Positions 1 through 10,691 of a stretch of 64,000 bases of DNA are shown piece after piece. The position numbers were made by a program, and so were the translations under genes. Position 1 is the stretch's first letter; the number at the start of each line of letters is the position of its first letter. The notes under the pieces were generated by a model. It had not been told where the DNA came from. It ran no database searches and saw only the letters and a list, made by a program, of their open reading frames with translations. Origin of the DNA: Myxococcota bacterium (GTDB taxonomy: Bacteria; Myxococcota_A; SURF-8; G963663525); assembly GCA_963676915.2 (NCBI GenBank), contig CAXXVK010000006.1:66089-130088 (forward strand). The letters run 5' to 3'.

Positions 1-77
1 CAAGCTGCCTTAAGGAGTCAAGAAGAAGTATTGATTAACAGAAATGTAATGGAACATGGGACGTTCGGAGCTGTCAT

Positions 78-2120
78 TTATCTGCGAATCGAAACGAACC
101 GAAGTACAATATTTTCCGTAAGATAGGACTCTTTTTCGACAGGTTGAGCAGGGACGATTTTTTCTGCCAAAACCAATTGTTTTCGTCGTTCGAGGAAACG
201 GCAGAATTCTTCCGCATCGGCGTCCGGGTGGCGAATGGAACAGATCGCCCCGGAATAGGCAATCAGGCAGCGTTCCGAGCGGTCAGGATTCGATTGGAAG
301 TCAGCATACCGTAAAACGTTGCTCGATAGGTTTTCGAACAACAACGGATGGGGTTGTAACGGTCCTCGTGTGGAAACAGGTGGAGGTAGCAGTAGCGTGC
401 AGGTGTTATCGAGGGTGGGGGAAGTGTCTCGGATGAATTGCAATTCCTCGTGGATGACGGTGCGTTCGCTTGGAAAATTTCGTGCGGGAATCGGCAGGAT
501 TTCGAGAACCAGCAACAAACCGAAAAGCCAGGTTACGAAGGACCGGGAAGGGGAACCTTTGGGAAACATGGAGAATAAAATTGCTGCCGCACTGGCGTAG
601 AACAGGCATAGAATCCAGAAATAAGGCGGGAAATAATGGTAAAAACCGAACGATGTCGAAAGGTTGAAGCCGTAGGGCATGTACGGCAGAATGGATGTTG
701 CGCCGAGCAAAAGAATGGCGGCGAACCATCGAGGACGTTTCCAGGCTGTCAGCATCACGCAAACGGGCAACAGTAGTGGAGCAAGCGCCGGAAGGAGTTT
801 CGTTTCGAGTCCTACGGCGGGAATGAACAGGGCGGGAAGGGCTTTCCAACTCCATTCTTGTCGTCCAAGAACGAACCACTCGTCGGCGTGGTCGGTTTGC
901 CAGGTGCCGGAAAGCGTCCAAAGATGCGGCAGGACAAATGCAAGAAGCACGGCAAGTTCGGGCCATAAGACCCACCGGGAAGTTTTTTGTCCTTTGCGCA
1001 GGAGAACGAAACCGATCCACGGAATAAAAAGGGCCATTTCGATTCGGATCTGATAGGCCAGACCCAGCGCGAGTGATGCAAAAATTGCCGAAAATACGGC
1101 TTTTTTTGTGAATTGCGCGGCGAGTAGAGCTGAAAGGACCAAGGTCAGAGCCAAGGATATTGGTTCGGTCGTGTATCCGAAGCGAATCAGCAAAGGGCAG
1201 GCCAGCACGAAAACAGCGGCGGCAAGACCGGCGGCGGAATTTTGAAAGAGTTTTTTCGTGGCGATTCGGGTAAGGGGAACCAGAAGACTTGAAACGAGCA
1301 AATTGGCCAGACCGAGAACGGCAACGGAAGTGCCTCCCAACAGAAATACGAGATACTGCCAGGCTTCATTGCCGCATGCATGTATGTTGAACGCCTGACA
1401 CGTCGCCGCAGGTTGCGCCATGGAAATCAGGCGAATGTTGTATATTCCCGGCTCAAGGTCGGTCAATGTTCCACGAACGAGCAACGCCAGCAGAAAAAGC
1501 CCACTATCAAAGAGGAATTCCTTCGGTTGATGGCGAACGTAGAAACATAAACTACCAATTCCGAAGAGTAAAAAAACGAGGAAACCGGCGAAGGAAAGAA
1601 CGAAGTCGTAAGGCCATGGTGAAAGGGAAGGGGAATCCTTTTGGACTTGCAAAGGAGGGGCGCGAGTTTCCCAGGCTTCGTCGGCTTTGAGGGGAAGTTT
1701 TTGCAACTTTTGAGCGAATTGCACGAAAAAATCATCGGGGGAACGATCGCTGCATATCGAAAAGACGGCACTGTGTCCCAAGGAATGGTCAGGGCAGGTC
1801 TGGTCTGGGTGGAGCAGGCGAAGTGTCGTGACGGGTTCCTGGTTCGCACGAAAAACCAGTATGATACCGTTTTGATCCGATGAAAGATCGACATCTCCAC
1901 CGGGACGTTGTTTGGCTACGTTTTCGGCTAACGGCCAAACGGCTTCAACGGCGGTTTTCGTAGGTGCGGAAGATACATTACCTGCAAAAGAGATGTTACA
2001 GCAAAACGTGCCTATTCCTACGAAAAGAATGAAGGATAGGAGAACGCAACGGTGGGTGGTCCTGTGAGTTATTCGTTTTTCGGACAAGGACGCCAAAGCC
2101 GGATACTCCATAGAAGTCAT
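78..2120 (-). CDS. Polytopic membrane protein, probable GT-C fold glycosyltransferase (ArnT/PMT-like) with N-terminal soluble domain
   Basis: 680-aa ORF with a signal-like N-terminus and about 12 hydrophobic segments. The 'GLAAAVFVLACPLLIRFGYTTEP' and 'LGLAYQIRIE' patterns resemble GT-C enzymes. Confidence 0.55.
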   Translation of the reverse strand: MTSMEYPALASLSEKRITHRTTHRCVLLSFILFVGIGTFCCNISFAGNVSSAPTKTAVEAVWPLAENVAKQRPGGDVDLSSDQNGIILVFRANQEPVTTLRLLHPDQTCPDHSLGHSAVFSICSDRSPDDFFVQFAQKLQKLPLKADEAWETRAPPLQVQKDSPSLSPWPYDFVLSFAGFLVFLLFGIGSLCFYVRHQPKEFLFDSGLFLLALLVRGTLTDLEPGIYNIRLISMAQPAATCQAFNIHACGNEAWQYLVFLLGGTSVAVLGLANLLVSSLLVPLTRIATKKLFQNSAAGLAAAVFVLACPLLIRFGYTTEPISLALTLVLSALLAAQFTKKAVFSAIFASLALGLAYQIRIEMALFIPWIGFVLLRKGQKTSRWVLWPELAVLLAFVLPHLWTLSGTWQTDHADEWFVLGRQEWSWKALPALFIPAVGLETKLLPALAPLLLPVCVMLTAWKRPRWFAAILLLGATSILPYMPYGFNLSTSFGFYHYFPPYFWILCLFYASAAAILFSMFPKGSPSRSFVTWLFGLLLVLEILPIPARNFPSERTVIHEELQFIRDTSPTLDNTCTLLLPPPVSTRGPLQPHPLLFENLSSNVLRYADFQSNPDRSERCLIAYSGAICSIRHPDADAEEFCRFLERRKQLVLAEKIVPAQPVEKESYLTENIVLRFVSIRR

Positions 2121-2356
2121 GGTGAAAGATAACTATTGGATTACGCTACATGGAAAATCGAAAGATTGGAACGACTTTGTTGGGTAGAATGGGTTTTTTG
2201 GCCTGTGACAGCGGAATGTCACAATAATCACAAGAAAAGCTCGAAAAAAACTCGATTTTCCGATAATCTTTTTGTATAAATCTGCGTGCAAATGTTTCTT
2301 AATTAACAATTGAACCAATTAAAGCCAATTATGGCGAAACAACGAAAGGATGAACC

Positions 2357-2929
2357 ATGGAGCTTAAAGGAAGCCAGACTGAAAAGAATTTGTTGATGGC
2401 CTTTGCCGGGGAATCTCAGGCCCGTAACCGCTATACGTATTTTGCGAAACAAGCGCAAAAAGAAGGTTTCAAGCAGATTGAGTCGGTTTTTGCGATTACC
2501 GCCGAGCAGGAAGTTCAGCACGCCAAGCGCTTTTTCCGCTTTTTGGAAGGTGGCGACGTGGAAATTACCGCTGCGTATCCGGCTGGGAAAATCGGTACGA
2601 CCGCCGAGAACCTCAAGGCCGCAGCCGATGGCGAGAACCACGAGCACAGCTCGATGTATCCCGAAATGGCTCGTGTAGCCCGTGAAGAGGGATTTGAAGC
2701 CGTTGCCATCGTGTTCGAAAAAGTCTGCATCGCAGAACAATACCACGAAGAGCGTTTTCGGGATTTGCTGAAGAATGTCGAAGCCGGTACCGTGTTCAAA
2801 AAGGAAAAACCGGTTCGTTGGGCTTGCCGCAATTGCGGATATGTGCACGAAGGAACGGAAGCTCCCGAGAAGTGCCCGGCCTGCGCCCATCCGCAAGCGC
2901 ATTTCGAAGTTGCCCCCGACAACTACTGA
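2357..2929 (+). CDS. rbr: Rubrerythrin
   Basis: 'TEKNLLMAFAGESQARNRYTYFA', di-iron ExxH motifs, and a C-terminal rubredoxin domain (CRNCGY...CPACAHP). Confidence 0.97.
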   Translation: MELKGSQTEKNLLMAFAGESQARNRYTYFAKQAQKEGFKQIESVFAITAEQEVQHAKRFFRFLEGGDVEITAAYPAGKIGTTAENLKAAADGENHEHSSMYPEMARVAREEGFEAVAIVFEKVCIAEQYHEERFRDLLKNVEAGTVFKKEKPVRWACRNCGYVHEGTEAPEKCPACAHPQAHFEVAPDNY

Positions 2930-2938
2930 TCCTAAAAT

Positions 2939-2973
2939 GTTGGGAGAAAATCCATCCCGGATTTTCTCCCAAC
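2939..2973. terminator. Perfect 15-bp hairpin between convergent genes, probable bidirectional terminator
   Basis: GTTGGGAGAAAATCC-atccc-GGATTTTCTCCCAAC lies between the rbr stop and the biotin carboxylase stop. Confidence 0.75.
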
Positions 2974-2986
2974 GGTTCGATATCTT

Positions 2987-4483
2987 TTAGCTTTCCAGAT
3001 CCCATTTCCCCAGAGTTTGCCAGGGAGTCGGTAATCCGGCATCCTGCTTTTCAACGAAATCCCGGTGGGATGATGTCGAGGGTAGGAGTTGGTCCGCTAC
3101 GTAGGCTGCTGCCATGACGTCGAGAGCGTCGTCCGGTTTCCAGTCGCCAAAGTGACGTTCGATGAAATCGGTTGTGGTATCTCCTTGACGAAAAGCCTCC
3201 GAGCGAAGAGCCGCCAGCAGGAAATCCACTGACGTTCGTACTCCTAAAAACGCCGTTCGTTCCAGTGCTCGGATCATTTTCGCGAGTGCGGCGGGGCGAT
3301 CCTCGGCGTGGACGATCAGTTTGCTTAAAATCGGGTCGTAATGGACGGGTACCTCGTATCCTTCGTATACCCCGCAATCGTGACGGATTCCCGGACCTGC
3401 GGGTTCGTGCATCGCCAGGATTTTTCCCGGTGAAGGCGCGAAATTCTGCGCGGCGTCTTCGGCGTAGATCCGGCATTCGATCGCATGTCCTCGAATCTGC
3501 AAGTCCTCTTGTGCAAACGGCAATTTATATCCATTGGCAATGTCGATTTGTCTCCGTACCAGGTCGAGGCCGGTGATCATTTCCGTCACCGGATGTTCCA
3601 CTTGAATTCGTGCGTTGACTTCGAGGAAATAGAACGATTCGTCCGAATCCACCAGAAATTCCACCGTGCCTGCGTTGGTATATCCGGCAGCTTTGGCGGC
3701 AGCGATGGCGGCTTGGCCCATGGCCTGTCGGGTTTTCTCGCTGATGAACGGCGAGGGCGCTTCTTCGATGATTTTCTGGTGGCGGCGCTGAATTGAACAT
3801 TCGCGCTCGAACAGGTGCACGACCTGCCCGTGTTCGTCGGCAAGAATTTGAATTTCCACATGCCGTGGACGTTCGAGGTATTTTTCAAGGTAGATGGAGC
3901 CGTCTCCGAAGGCCGTTCCCGCTTCGCTGGAGGCGTCCCGGCAGGCATCGGCGAGCAGGGACGGATCGTTCACCACGCGCATTCCTTTGCCACCGCCACC
4001 GGCACTGGCTTTGATGAGCAACGGGTACCCGATGTCCTCGGCGGCGGCTTGCAGTTTTTCGGGGTCGCTCTCCGGTTTGGTCAAGCCGGGGATAATCGGC
4101 ACTCCCGATTGTTGCATCAGACGTCGGGCGCGTGTTTTATCGCCGAGTAAAGACATCGCCTCGGCTCGGGGACCGATGAACGTCAATCCGGCATCCGTAA
4201 CGGCTTTGGCAAAAGCCGGACTTTCGGAAAGAAAACCATATCCCGGATGGATGGCGTCCGAATCGGTATTTTTCGCAGCCTCGATGATTTTTTCGATATT
4301 CAGGTAAGAGGCGGCGGGTTCCGGCGCACCCAGGCAGACGCTTTCATCCGCTTCGAAAACATGCAAGGCTTTCTCGTCGGCCTCCGAATATACGGCGACC
4401 GAGGCGAGGTTCATTTCTTTCAACGTGCGAAGAATGCGGACGGCGATTTCCCCGCGATTGGCGACCAGGACTTTTTTGATCAT
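2987..4483 (-). CDS. Biotin carboxylase subunit of an acyl-CoA carboxylase (no fused biotin-carrier domain)
   Basis: 'MIKKVLVANRGEIAVRI', 'HPGYGFLSE', 'GGGGKGMR', 'ERECSIQRRHQK', 'EVNARIQVEHPVTE'. Start moved to ATG 4483. Confidence 0.93.
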   Translation of the reverse strand: MIKKVLVANRGEIAVRILRTLKEMNLASVAVYSEADEKALHVFEADESVCLGAPEPAASYLNIEKIIEAAKNTDSDAIHPGYGFLSESPAFAKAVTDAGLTFIGPRAEAMSLLGDKTRARRLMQQSGVPIIPGLTKPESDPEKLQAAAEDIGYPLLIKASAGGGGKGMRVVNDPSLLADACRDASSEAGTAFGDGSIYLEKYLERPRHVEIQILADEHGQVVHLFERECSIQRRHQKIIEEAPSPFISEKTRQAMGQAAIAAAKAAGYTNAGTVEFLVDSDESFYFLEVNARIQVEHPVTEMITGLDLVRRQIDIANGYKLPFAQEDLQIRGHAIECRIYAEDAAQNFAPSPGKILAMHEPAGPGIRHDCGVYEGYEVPVHYDPILSKLIVHAEDRPAALAKMIRALERTAFLGVRTSVDFLLAALRSEAFRQGDTTTDFIERHFGDWKPDDALDVMAAAYVADQLLPSTSSHRDFVEKQDAGLPTPWQTLGKWDLES

Positions 4484-4493
4484 TTTCGCCCCC

Positions 4494-6110
4494 TTACATG
4501 CGGAAGGTGCCGTGCCCCTGCTGCCGTTCGGACAGCGGAGCGTTGAGCGAAACCGAAAGCGCCAGTCCCAGCACGTCGCGGGTTTTGGCCGGGTCCAGGA
4601 TACCATCGTCCCAGAGGTTCGCCGTGGAATAATATGCATTGCCCTCTTTGCGGGCGGTTTCTAAGATAGGCTGTTTGATCGCCTCGACGAATTCTTTCGG
4701 CAGTGGCGGGCTGCCTTCGCGGGAAAGCTGGTCGTTTTTCACCGAAACCAGCACGTCGGCGGCTTGTTCGCCGCCCATGACGCCGATTTCCGCGTTGGGC
4801 CACATCCAGAGGAACCGGGGACTGTATGCCCGACCGCACATGCCGTAATTTCCGGCACCGAAGCTCGCGCCGACGACCACCGTGAATTTGGGAACCGTTG
4901 CCGTCGCTACCGCATTGACCATTTTATGACCGTCTTTGGTGATCCCGCCCCGTTCGTACTCGCGGCCAATGATGTATCCGTTGATATTCTGAAGGAATAC
5001 CAGCGGGATGCCTTGCCGATCGCACAGAGAAATGAACTGTGTAGCTTTCAACGAGGAATCCGAGAATAAAATACCGTTGTTTCCAAGAATTCCAACCATA
5101 TAGCCGTGAATGAATGCGAAACCGCAGATCAGCGTCGGACCATACAGGGCTTTGAACTCCTGAAACTCCGAGCCGTCCACCATGCGAGCGATGACCTCGC
5201 GGATGTCGTACGGCGTCGAAAGTTTTTCGGGTACGATACCGTAGATTTCCTTCGGGTCGTACTCCGGTTCTTTGGCGGGTCGTCGCTTGATGTCGCTTTT
5301 GGGATGGGGCGGAAGCAATTCGGTGAGATCGCGTACGATGTCGATGGCGTGGGCGTCGTCCTCGGCGAAATAATCCGAAACACCGGATTCGCTGCAATGG
5401 ACCATCGCGCCGCCCAGTTCTTCGGCGGTGACTTCTTCGCCGGTAGCGGCCTTGACCAGCGGAGGACCGCCAAGAAAGATCGCGCCTGTATTCTTGACAT
5501 GTACGACGTGGTCGCTCATGGCGGGAACATACGCGCCACCGGCCGTGCACAATCCCATTACCGCGCAAATCTGCGGAATGTTCATTTTCGAAATGATCGC
5601 CTGGTTGTAGAACACCCGGCCACCGTCATCGACATCCGGAAAGATTTCCGACTGCATCGGCAAAAAAGCGCCACCGGAGTCCACAAGGTGAATCATCGGC
5701 AGGTGGTTTTCCATCACGATGGTCTGGCAGCGTAGGGTTTTCTTGACACCCATGGGGTAGATGGTGCCGCCTTTGATCATTGGGTCGTTGGCGTGAACCA
5801 GCACTTCCCGGCCATTGACGAGACCGATTCCGGCGCGTGTTCCCGCGCCGTGAACCCTCCCGCCGTACATATCCTTTGCGGCGAGCGGAGCGATTTCGAG
5901 CCAGGGAGAGTTTTTGTCGAGCAGCTTGTCCAAGCGTTCCTGAACTGTAAGTTTTCCCAACTCGGCGTTGCGGGCGCGGGCTTTGTCGCTTCGGTCTTCA
6001 CGAGCCTGCTTGAGGTTTTCTTTCAATTCCTCGACAAGTTGGGTCATGTGTTCGCGGTTTTTGGTAAACTGTTCGCTTTGGGTGTCGATTTGCGTTTCAA
6101 TGCGTTCCAT
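4494..6110 (-). CDS. Acyl-CoA carboxylase carboxyltransferase subunit (methylcrotonyl/geranyl-CoA carboxylase beta type)
   Basis: 'LVDSGGAFLP', 'CTAGGAYVPAMSD', 'GGPPLVKAATGE', 'GAGNYGMCGRAY', 'WDDGILDP'. Confidence 0.92.
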   Translation of the reverse strand: MERIETQIDTQSEQFTKNREHMTQLVEELKENLKQAREDRSDKARARNAELGKLTVQERLDKLLDKNSPWLEIAPLAAKDMYGGRVHGAGTRAGIGLVNGREVLVHANDPMIKGGTIYPMGVKKTLRCQTIVMENHLPMIHLVDSGGAFLPMQSEIFPDVDDGGRVFYNQAIISKMNIPQICAVMGLCTAGGAYVPAMSDHVVHVKNTGAIFLGGPPLVKAATGEEVTAEELGGAMVHCSESGVSDYFAEDDAHAIDIVRDLTELLPPHPKSDIKRRPAKEPEYDPKEIYGIVPEKLSTPYDIREVIARMVDGSEFQEFKALYGPTLICGFAFIHGYMVGILGNNGILFSDSSLKATQFISLCDRQGIPLVFLQNINGYIIGREYERGGITKDGHKMVNAVATATVPKFTVVVGASFGAGNYGMCGRAYSPRFLWMWPNAEIGVMGGEQAADVLVSVKNDQLSREGSPPLPKEFVEAIKQPILETARKEGNAYYSTANLWDDGILDPAKTRDVLGLALSVSLNAPLSERQQGHGTFRM

Positions 6111-6175
6111 GGTCGTTTTCCGGTCAGCGTTGTTTTAAGATCTTTCAAGACAAACGAAAAAGAGGGATGAAAGAA

Positions 6176-7303
6176 TCAGCTTCCGTGGCGATCAAGCAGG
6201 TGATCCGCAATGGCCATGCGTGCTCGTTCGGAAGTGGTTCCCGCCAAAGAGACGAACTTGGCGTCCCTGTAGCAACGTGAGGTTTCCGAGTCGGCCATGT
6301 ATCCCTTTCCAGCCATGACCTGCAAGGCGTCCGAGGCCACGCGCTCACCTGCTTCCGCTAAAAAGACTTTCAGGGCGCAAAGCACGGCAGCGGCTTCGTA
6401 TTCGCCATTTTCCAATAGCCAGGCTACGCGGCGAAGGGTTTGGCGTCCACCCTGAATCTGTGTCGCGATTTCGGCTAGTTTGAAGCTGATTTCCTGGAAT
6501 TTGATCAACTTTTTGTCGTTGCGTTTCGTTGACAGAGCGTGGTTTTTCGCTGCGGCAAAGGCGCGGTCCATCGTGGCCAGAGCTGCGACGCACAGCACGA
6601 GGTCTTCCGTCTCCCTCAGTTTGGCAAGAGGTTTGTCATCGTTGAACGGTCCGGCGAGGTTCTCTTCGGATACGGCCACATTTTCGAACGTTACCGGTGC
6701 TGCGGCCATGTTTTCGTAACCGAGTGTCGCTTGGCGTTCTCCGACTTTTACTCCTTGAGCCGTCCTATCGACGAGTGCGAAGGCGGGTTTGTTCTCGATC
6801 TGAAAAGAAACGATCAATTTGTCACAAAATGGAGCATTCGTGACGTAGGGTTTGACGCCGGTCAGGTTCCAGCCGTCGGAGGTTTTTTCGACCGTAACAG
6901 CGGGAATTTCTTCCGTTGTTTCGGCGGGGTCGGATACCGCCACGGCGGCGAGAGTTTTTCCTTGGGCAACGCTTTCGGCGACTTCTGCAAATGCCTGGGT
7001 TTTTCCATAGCTTTTACAGAATCCACCAAACAGGCGTGTTGTCACTTCGAGTCCGACGAAAACATCCGATCCCATTCGTGCCACGAATTCGGCTCCGGCG
7101 AGCCAGTCACAAAGTCCCGTTCTGTTGTTCATATCCATGGCCAAAGCGGGATAGCCGGTTTCGACGAGATCGCCAAGAAAGTTTCGGTGGTACTTTTCCA
7201 ATGCTGAAAGATCGCTGGTATGGGAAATTTCCTCATGATTCTTCAAAAAGGCTTCGAGATCGGTACGTAAGGTTTTCTGGGAATCGTTCCATTCGAAATC
7301 CAT
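6176..7303 (-). CDS. Acyl-CoA dehydrogenase family protein (divergent)
   Basis: 'WNLTGVKPYVTNAP', 'FQEISFKLAEI', 'ALQVMAGKGY...YRDAK'. Confidence 0.85.
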   Translation of the reverse strand: MDFEWNDSQKTLRTDLEAFLKNHEEISHTSDLSALEKYHRNFLGDLVETGYPALAMDMNNRTGLCDWLAGAEFVARMGSDVFVGLEVTTRLFGGFCKSYGKTQAFAEVAESVAQGKTLAAVAVSDPAETTEEIPAVTVEKTSDGWNLTGVKPYVTNAPFCDKLIVSFQIENKPAFALVDRTAQGVKVGERQATLGYENMAAAPVTFENVAVSEENLAGPFNDDKPLAKLRETEDLVLCVAALATMDRAFAAAKNHALSTKRNDKKLIKFQEISFKLAEIATQIQGGRQTLRRVAWLLENGEYEAAAVLCALKVFLAEAGERVASDALQVMAGKGYMADSETSRCYRDAKFVSLAGTTSERARMAIADHLLDRHGS

Positions 7304-7313
7304 GGTTTTCTCC

Positions 7314-8456
7314 CTAAATCAGTTTGGCAATGATGGTTTTTTGGATTTCCGAGGTGCCGCCGCCGATCGCAGCAAGTCGCCCGTCTCTGAAGACCCGTTC
7401 CACGTCGTACTCGTGGCAGAAACCGTAGCCACCATGCAGGGTTACGGCATCGCTTGTCGGGCCGAGCGACCAGTCGCCGACGAACAGTTTTGCAATAGCG
7501 GCGTCCAGATGATTCACAGGTTTTCCCTGATCTTTGCACCAGGCCATGCGGTAAACCAGTGTTCGGGCGATTTCCAGGAAGATTTTCATATTGGCGATTT
7601 TGTGCTTGACTCCCTGGAACGATCCAATGGGGCGTCCGAACTGTTGTCGTTCGCTGGCGTAACGGCAGGATTTTTCGATGAGGTACTGCATGGAGCCGAT
7701 CATCGGGGCGAGCAGGGTAGAACGGTCCCACTCGACGGTTTGAAGCGCCATGAGAAAGCCCATGCCTTCGAATCCGAGCAGGTTTTCCGCCGGGACGGCG
7801 CAGTCTTCGAAAACCAGTTCGGAGGTCGGTGAGGCGCGAACCCCTAGTTTGTGCAGGTCGCGGCTGACGGAAAATCCCGGCGTGCCTTTTTCGACGATAA
7901 ACGCGGAAATTCCCGTATGGCCGCCTTCCGGTGAGGTCTTTGCATAAATTACGGCAACATCCGCATACGAACCGTTGGTGATGAAGATTTTCGAGCCGTT
8001 CAAAATCCAGCGGTCGCCGTCCTTGACGGCTCGTGTCTTGACCGACGCTGCGTCGCTGCCTGCTCCCGGTTCGGTCAATCCCATACAACCGACCCATTCA
8101 CCGCTTGCCAGTTTTGGAACGTATTTGCGTTTTTGCGCGTCGTTGCCATGAGTGAAGATCGTATCGGCGCAAAGAAAGGTATGCGCACCGTAAGAGAGCG
8201 TCAAACCCCCGTCCACTCCGGCCTCGCCCAAAGCTTCACCAGCAAGCACGGAGGTCATGACGTCGGCGTTGGCTCCACCGAAATCCTCCGGGAAATGCAG
8301 ACCCAACAAGCCGAATTCCCCGAGTTTTCGAAAAGATTCAAGGTCGAACTGACCTTTGAGGTCGAATTCCTGAACCCTGGGTACGATTTCTTTTTTCGCG
8401 AATTTCAGGACTTCTTCTTTAAACAGTTTTTGTTCGTCAGTGATACGGAAATCCAT
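7314..8456 (-). CDS. Acyl-CoA dehydrogenase (isovaleryl-CoA dehydrogenase-like)
   Basis: '[11 protein letters not shown]', '[11 protein letters not shown]', 'RQQFGRPI', 'HGGYGF...[11 protein letters not shown]'. Start moved to ATG 8456 after a GAGGAGG RBS. Confidence 0.92.
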   Translation of the reverse strand: MDFRITDEQKLFKEEVLKFAKKEIVPRVQEFDLKGQFDLESFRKLGEFGLLGLHFPEDFGGANADVMTSVLAGEALGEAGVDGGLTLSYGAHTFLCADTIFTHGNDAQKRKYVPKLASGEWVGCMGLTEPGAGSDAASVKTRAVKDGDRWILNGSKIFITNGSYADVAVIYAKTSPEGGHTGISAFIVEKGTPGFSVSRDLHKLGVRASPTSELVFEDCAVPAENLLGFEGMGFLMALQTVEWDRSTLLAPMIGSMQYLIEKSCRYASERQQFGRPIGSFQGVKHKIANMKIFLEIARTLVYRMAWCKDQGKPVNHLDAAIAKLFVGDWSLGPTSDAVTLHGGYGFCHEYDVERVFRDGRLAAIGGGTSEIQKTIIAKLI

Positions 8457-8814
8457 AGAACCTCCTCGTTCGATCCTGTCTGCACAGCGTTTTGCAGCAT
8501 CGGTGTCGTGTCGGAATCGGTAGCGGAATATTTTTTGATAACGGAGAATATCCAAGCACTATTCGGGAAAAAAGTAAAGAATGTTGCTCGGTGCGCATGA
8601 AGATGAACGAATGAAACCGTTCGAGAAATCTTCTTCTATTTTCTCAAAAATCGCGTCTTTTTACGTAATGGTCCGGTTCAAGCTTCCGGGAAAGCCGGTG
8701 AATCGGTTTTCCTGCTAGAAAATTTCCGTACAAAGTCGTCAAGCCATTGCATTTAGATGGAAAATGTGGTTTAGCTGTGCTCAGGTTTGAGGATGGTCAC
8801 TGGATGTGGCCGAA

Positions 8815-8900
8815 TACGGTTGGGGTGTCGGACCGAAAGGTGCGGCTGAGAACAAACCCAACGAACCTGATCCGGATCATGCCGGCGTGAGGGAACCGTA
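8815..8900 (+). ncRNA. TPP (thiamine pyrophosphate) riboswitch
   Basis: P1 TACGGTT/AACCGTA, then GGGGTG...GCTGAGA...ACCC...GAACCTGATCCGGATCATGCCGGCGTGAGGGAA, upstream of thi genes. Confidence 0.95.
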
Positions 8901-8921
8901 AGGAAAAGCACGAAATTCGAG

Positions 8922-8952
8922 TGCGGAATCCCACGGGTTCCGCATTTTTTTC
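8922..8952 (+). terminator. Intrinsic terminator forming the TPP riboswitch expression platform
   Basis: TGCGGAATCC-cac-GGGTTCCGCA followed by a T7 run immediately before the thi4 RBS. Confidence 0.8.
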
Positions 8953-8964
8953 TTGGAGGAAAGC

Positions 8965-9735
8965 ATGGAAGAGAAAATCACCCTGTCGATCGTCAACCGA
9001 TTTTTCGAAAAACTGAAAGACAACCTGATCCTGGATGCCGCTATCGTCGGTGCGGGACCGTCTGGGTTGGTAGCAGCCCAGAGTCTGGCCAAAGCCGGAA
9101 AAAAAGTGGCCGTGTTCGAACGGAAACTGGCTCCGGGCGGAGGAATCTGGGGCGGCGGTATGTTGTTCAACGAAATCGTGGTGCAGGAAGAAGTCCTGTC
9201 GATTCTCAACGATTTCAATATCGGGTATGCAGACGCCGGTGACGGGTATTATACGGCGGATGCTGTGGAAGTCTCCTCCGGGTTGATTTTCGGAGCGATG
9301 AAGGCCGGTGCCAAAGTGTTCAACACCATCGGTGCCGAAGATATCGTGTTCAAAGACAACAAGGTTTGCGGTCTGGTGATCAACTGGACGCCTGTTACCC
9401 ACCTGGGAATGCACGTCGATCCGTTGGTGGTCACAGCCAAGGCCGTTCTCGATGGTACGGGCCATCCGAGCGAAGTGATCGAACTGGCCAGCAAAAAGGC
9501 TGGAGTCGAGTTGGCTACACCCACCGGCAAGATCATGGGAGAAAAACCGATGTGGATGGAAAGCGGCGAGGCTTCGACCGTGGTGAATACGAAGGAACTC
9601 TATCCGGGACTGTTTGCCTCCGGTATGGCGGCCAATAACGCCAGTGGCGGTTTTCGGATGGGACCGATTTTCGGCGGTATGTTGATGAGCGGCCGGAAAG
9701 TCGCCGAATTGATGATGGAACGGATCAATGATTGA
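8965..9735 (+). CDS. thi4: Sulfide-dependent adenosine diphosphate thiazole synthase (Thi4 family, non-Cys)
   Basis: 'IVGAGPSGL', '[11 protein letters not shown]', 'MHVDP', 'DGTGH', '[13 protein letters not shown]'. Lies downstream of the TPP riboswitch. Confidence 0.93.
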   Translation: MEEKITLSIVNRFFEKLKDNLILDAAIVGAGPSGLVAAQSLAKAGKKVAVFERKLAPGGGIWGGGMLFNEIVVQEEVLSILNDFNIGYADAGDGYYTADAVEVSSGLIFGAMKAGAKVFNTIGAEDIVFKDNKVCGLVINWTPVTHLGMHVDPLVVTAKAVLDGTGHPSEVIELASKKAGVELATPTGKIMGEKPMWMESGEASTVVNTKELYPGLFASGMAANNASGGFRMGPIFGGMLMSGRKVAELMMERIND

Positions 9736-10351
9736 GCGCTTCGGTCTGTACCTGATCCTCACCGAGCCGGACAGGGGATACGAATACTGCGCCAAAGCAG
9801 CCGTAGACGCTGAACTGCTTTATCTGCAACTCCGCATGAAAAACGCGGAGCACGACGACGTTCGGGCGATGGCCGAGAAATTGCGAGCGATTACTCAGGG
9901 GACGAAAACCCGGTTTATCGTCAACGATTTTCTCGACATCGCCATGGAAGTCGACGCCGATGGCGTACATCTGGGACAGAGCGATCTGGATATTATCGAG
10001 GCGCGCAATCGCTGGATGGCGCCGGGTAAGCGGTTCGGATTGAGCACGCACAATCCGAACCAGGAGAAAAAAGCCCGCTATCTCGCACCGGATTACATCG
10101 GTGTGGGACCGGTGTATGCGACGCCGACCAAGGCCGTTCCCGATCCAACGGTAGGGTTGGAAACGATGGAAAAGATTGTTGCTGAAACGCCTCTTACGAG
10201 CGTAGCCATTGGCGGGATCGATACCGAAAATCTTCCTCATGTTCTCGAAGCGGGAGCCATTAACTTCTCGGTCGTACGTACCGTGAACCGGACGGATGAT
10301 CCCGCTGGGGCGATTGCGAGGCTGATGCGGATCTGGCGGGAATTTCAATAA
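9728..10351 (+). CDS. thiE: Thiamine-phosphate synthase
   Basis: 'LQLRMK', 'FIVND', 'DGVHLGQSD', 'GLSTH', 'GPVYATPTK', 'AIGGI'. Overlaps the thi4 stop. Confidence 0.95.
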   Translation: MIERFGLYLILTEPDRGYEYCAKAAVDAELLYLQLRMKNAEHDDVRAMAEKLRAITQGTKTRFIVNDFLDIAMEVDADGVHLGQSDLDIIEARNRWMAPGKRFGLSTHNPNQEKKARYLAPDYIGVGPVYATPTKAVPDPTVGLETMEKIVAETPLTSVAIGGIDTENLPHVLEAGAINFSVVRTVNRTDDPAGAIARLMRIWREFQ

Positions 10352-10691
10352 AATTCTGTTGGATGAATGAATTAAAGCTATTCCCTGTAATGATTTCAAT
10401 AGTATAGATGAACTGTAAGCTTTTGTTTTGACAGGGTTTAATGCTCTTCGTGTTGTTCTGCTTGCAAGATGCTTGTCCTTTGATTTTCATTAAAAGTGCC
10501 TTGTTTTGTGCCATTCTAGTAGGAATTGGCACAGGGGTTGGTACTCTGAAAACGAATCGTTTGGTCAAATTCCCCAATCTACTTTTTTCGATATCTGAAA
10601 AGTGCTGGAAGTTCTAAGTAACCAAGGGGGTTGACCTAGAAGCGACAAGGTTGTATGTAACAAAATTCGCTTCGACGGAAAGGAGAACGCC

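Noticed and set aside
8797-9795. Long antisense ORFs (also 27849-28766, 41076-41993, 49000-49968, 55584-56456)
   Set aside because: They are shadow frames opposite well-supported genes.
10500-10542. TGGCAC motifs suggesting sigma-54 promoters upstream of yqeY
   Set aside because: The -12 position reads GG rather than GC on both strands, so support is weak.
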